Positions 62,279-64,000 of a stretch of DNA of 64,000 nt are shown one piece after another. Source of the stretch: Saccostrea cucullata (Eukaryota); NCBI RefSeq assembly GCF_032062105.1, contig NW_026925239.1:62001-126000 (forward strand). Reading direction: 5' to 3'. The notes under the pieces are model-generated. The model was not told where the DNA came from. It searched no databases and was given only the letters and a program-made list of their open reading frames with translations. Position numbers and translations under genes: made by a program. Within the stretch, counting starts at the first letter, position 1; every line of letters begins with the position of its first letter.

Positions 62279-63212
62279 AACAAGAAATCTGTGAGCCAAT
62301 GCTCACTAGTAATACCCCCGCTCTGATGTAAATAAGCACTATCACTAATATACACAAGTTTAATTACAGACAGATGCACAAAAAAAAATATGAAGTTGAC
62401 ATCAGATTCATATCGAAATTAATCCTACTATATGGCATGCCTCAACAAAAAGTGTACTAAAATTTCAAGCATCTGCTATGAATAATTAAAGAGAAAACTG
62501 TGACAAAGCTTTGTTATATATATAAAACAGACAGACGCACAGACAAATAGGAATTTGACATCAGATTTTAACAAAAATGTATCCCACCATATGGCATGCC
62601 TCTGAGAAGATTGTGTTAAAATTTCAAGCATCTGCGATGAGTAATTGCTGAGAAAACTGCAACAAAAATTTGTTACGTATGAAACAGACAGACGCACAGA
62701 CAAACAGGAAGTTGACATAAGATTTTAACAAAAATGTATCCCACCATATGGCATGCTTTAGAGAAGATTGTATTAACATTTCAAGCATCTGCGATGAGTA
62801 GTTGCTAAGAAAACTGTGACAAAACTTTATGTATGAAACGGACAGATGCACAGAAAAACAGGAAGTTGACATCAGATTTGAACAAAAATGTATCCCACAG
62901 TATGACATGCCTCAAAGAAGATTGTGTTAAAATTTCAAGCATATGCGATAAGTAGTTGATGAGAAAACTGTGACGAAAATTTGTTATGCATGTAACGGAC
63001 AGACGCACAGACAAACAGGAAGTTGACATCGGATTTGAACAAAAATGTATCCCACTGTATGGCATTCCTCAGAGAAGATTCTGTTGAAATTTCAAGCATC
63101 TGCGATGAGTAGTTGCTGAGAAAACTGAGACAAAAATTTGTTACGGACTGACACACAGACAGACACACAAGGGGAAAACAGTATACCCCCCTCTCCTTTG
63201 GTCGGGGGTATA
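62279..63212 (-). mobile_element. HINE-type element (family C) with ~157-bp array
   Basis: Minus strand TTATACCCCCG..GGGGGTATA hairpin, GTCT microsatellite, ~5 units, 3' GCGGGGGTAT + GTGAGC-ATTG-GCTCAC hairpin + CTTGTT. Confidence 0.85.
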
Positions 63213-63262
63213 AATATACAGTTTCATATCTTGTAATTAGGTGCTGTTGTATGTATTTTTAC

Positions 63263-63387
63263 CCATTGTTTTTTCTTGGTTTCATTAACAGTTTTCTCCA
63301 GTTCTTTGGTGTGAGCAGCCTTTAAATCCACAATGATTCGCTGCTTTTCTGCCTCCCACAAAGTTTTCATCTCAGCCACAGTCAATT
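63263..63387 (-). CDS. ZMYND8: ZMYND8 coiled-coil exon preceding MYND; gene continues beyond the right edge
   Basis: ELTVAEMKTLWEAEKQRIIVDLKAAHTKELEKTVNETKKKQW matches ZMYND8 ELTMAEM...AVDETKKKQW; phase 1-0. Confidence 0.93.
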
Positions 63388-64000
63388 CTGTTGTACGAAA
63401 TATCTAGTCTGAGTGTGAAGGTTAAAGTGTTTAGGATTCGACTAAGTGCTAGGGTTAGGCCTAAGCCTAGGTGCAAGGGATGAAGAAATCATTGCCAGTG
63501 CTAAAATTTCCAATAATAATTTTTACATTGAAAAATTTCACTCTTCGATTTTTCTACCTTCCCAAAAATCTTTTAAACTGTATTTGACTTCATATACCAG
63601 TATATCCATTTTCTCAGTGCAATTCCTAGTATTCAATGATTTCCACTAAAAACTGTTTCCATCTTAAACAAAACATAGGTAATCAGAGATTACAGAGCTC
63701 ACCTTAATGAATGTTGTCTTTAAGTAAGGCAAATTAAGTCACACAATTAACCAACAAAAAGTGTACATCCAAAAATGCAAAATTTATGCAATTTTGATAC
63801 TTTGGAATAGACCTATATATTAAAAACTTAAAACTAGTTCTTCATCATGAAAATGTAATTAAAATCCAGCATCTGAAGCAAGATTGAGAGTTTTCATCCC
63901 TCGATGCATCATTTGTGCAACTTTGGTTTATATAAGCCTTATAGTTTCTTGGTGATAGACCTGCACCCATAACTTTTACGAGGTATATTATCTGGAAAAT

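Overview
AT-rich eukaryotic (animal) genomic DNA. The repeat families (Helentron-type elements carrying ~156-168 bp tandem arrays, one resembling the oyster Cg170 satellite) point to an oyster-like bivalve; this assignment is inference. Left to right: (1) first coding exon of UBR5 on the minus strand (698-759; missed by the ORF track); (2) a transposon-rich stretch containing an apparently full-length, intact LINE (RTE-X-like) whose ORF1 and ORF2 are in the same frame, separated by one TAG, with no AUG for the first 156 codons of ORF2; (3) a complete SLCO4A1-like organic-anion transporter on the plus strand with 11 shared coding exons and two alternative first coding exons, each supplying its own N-terminus and first part of TM1 (732 or 784 aa); (4) two death-effector-domain-only ORFs nested antisense in an SLCO intron; (5) the 3' exons of ZMYND8 on the minus strand, with a symmetric 156-nt exon after the MYND finger encoding a Pipsqueak/CENP-B-type helix-turn-helix. 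Many non-autonomous elements (Helentron/HINE, MuDR-like, Kolobok-like, mariner-like, 5-bp-TSD MITEs) are present, several nested. All gene models were hand-read from GT-AG sites and frame continuity, homologies are from remembered sequences, and no database search was run.
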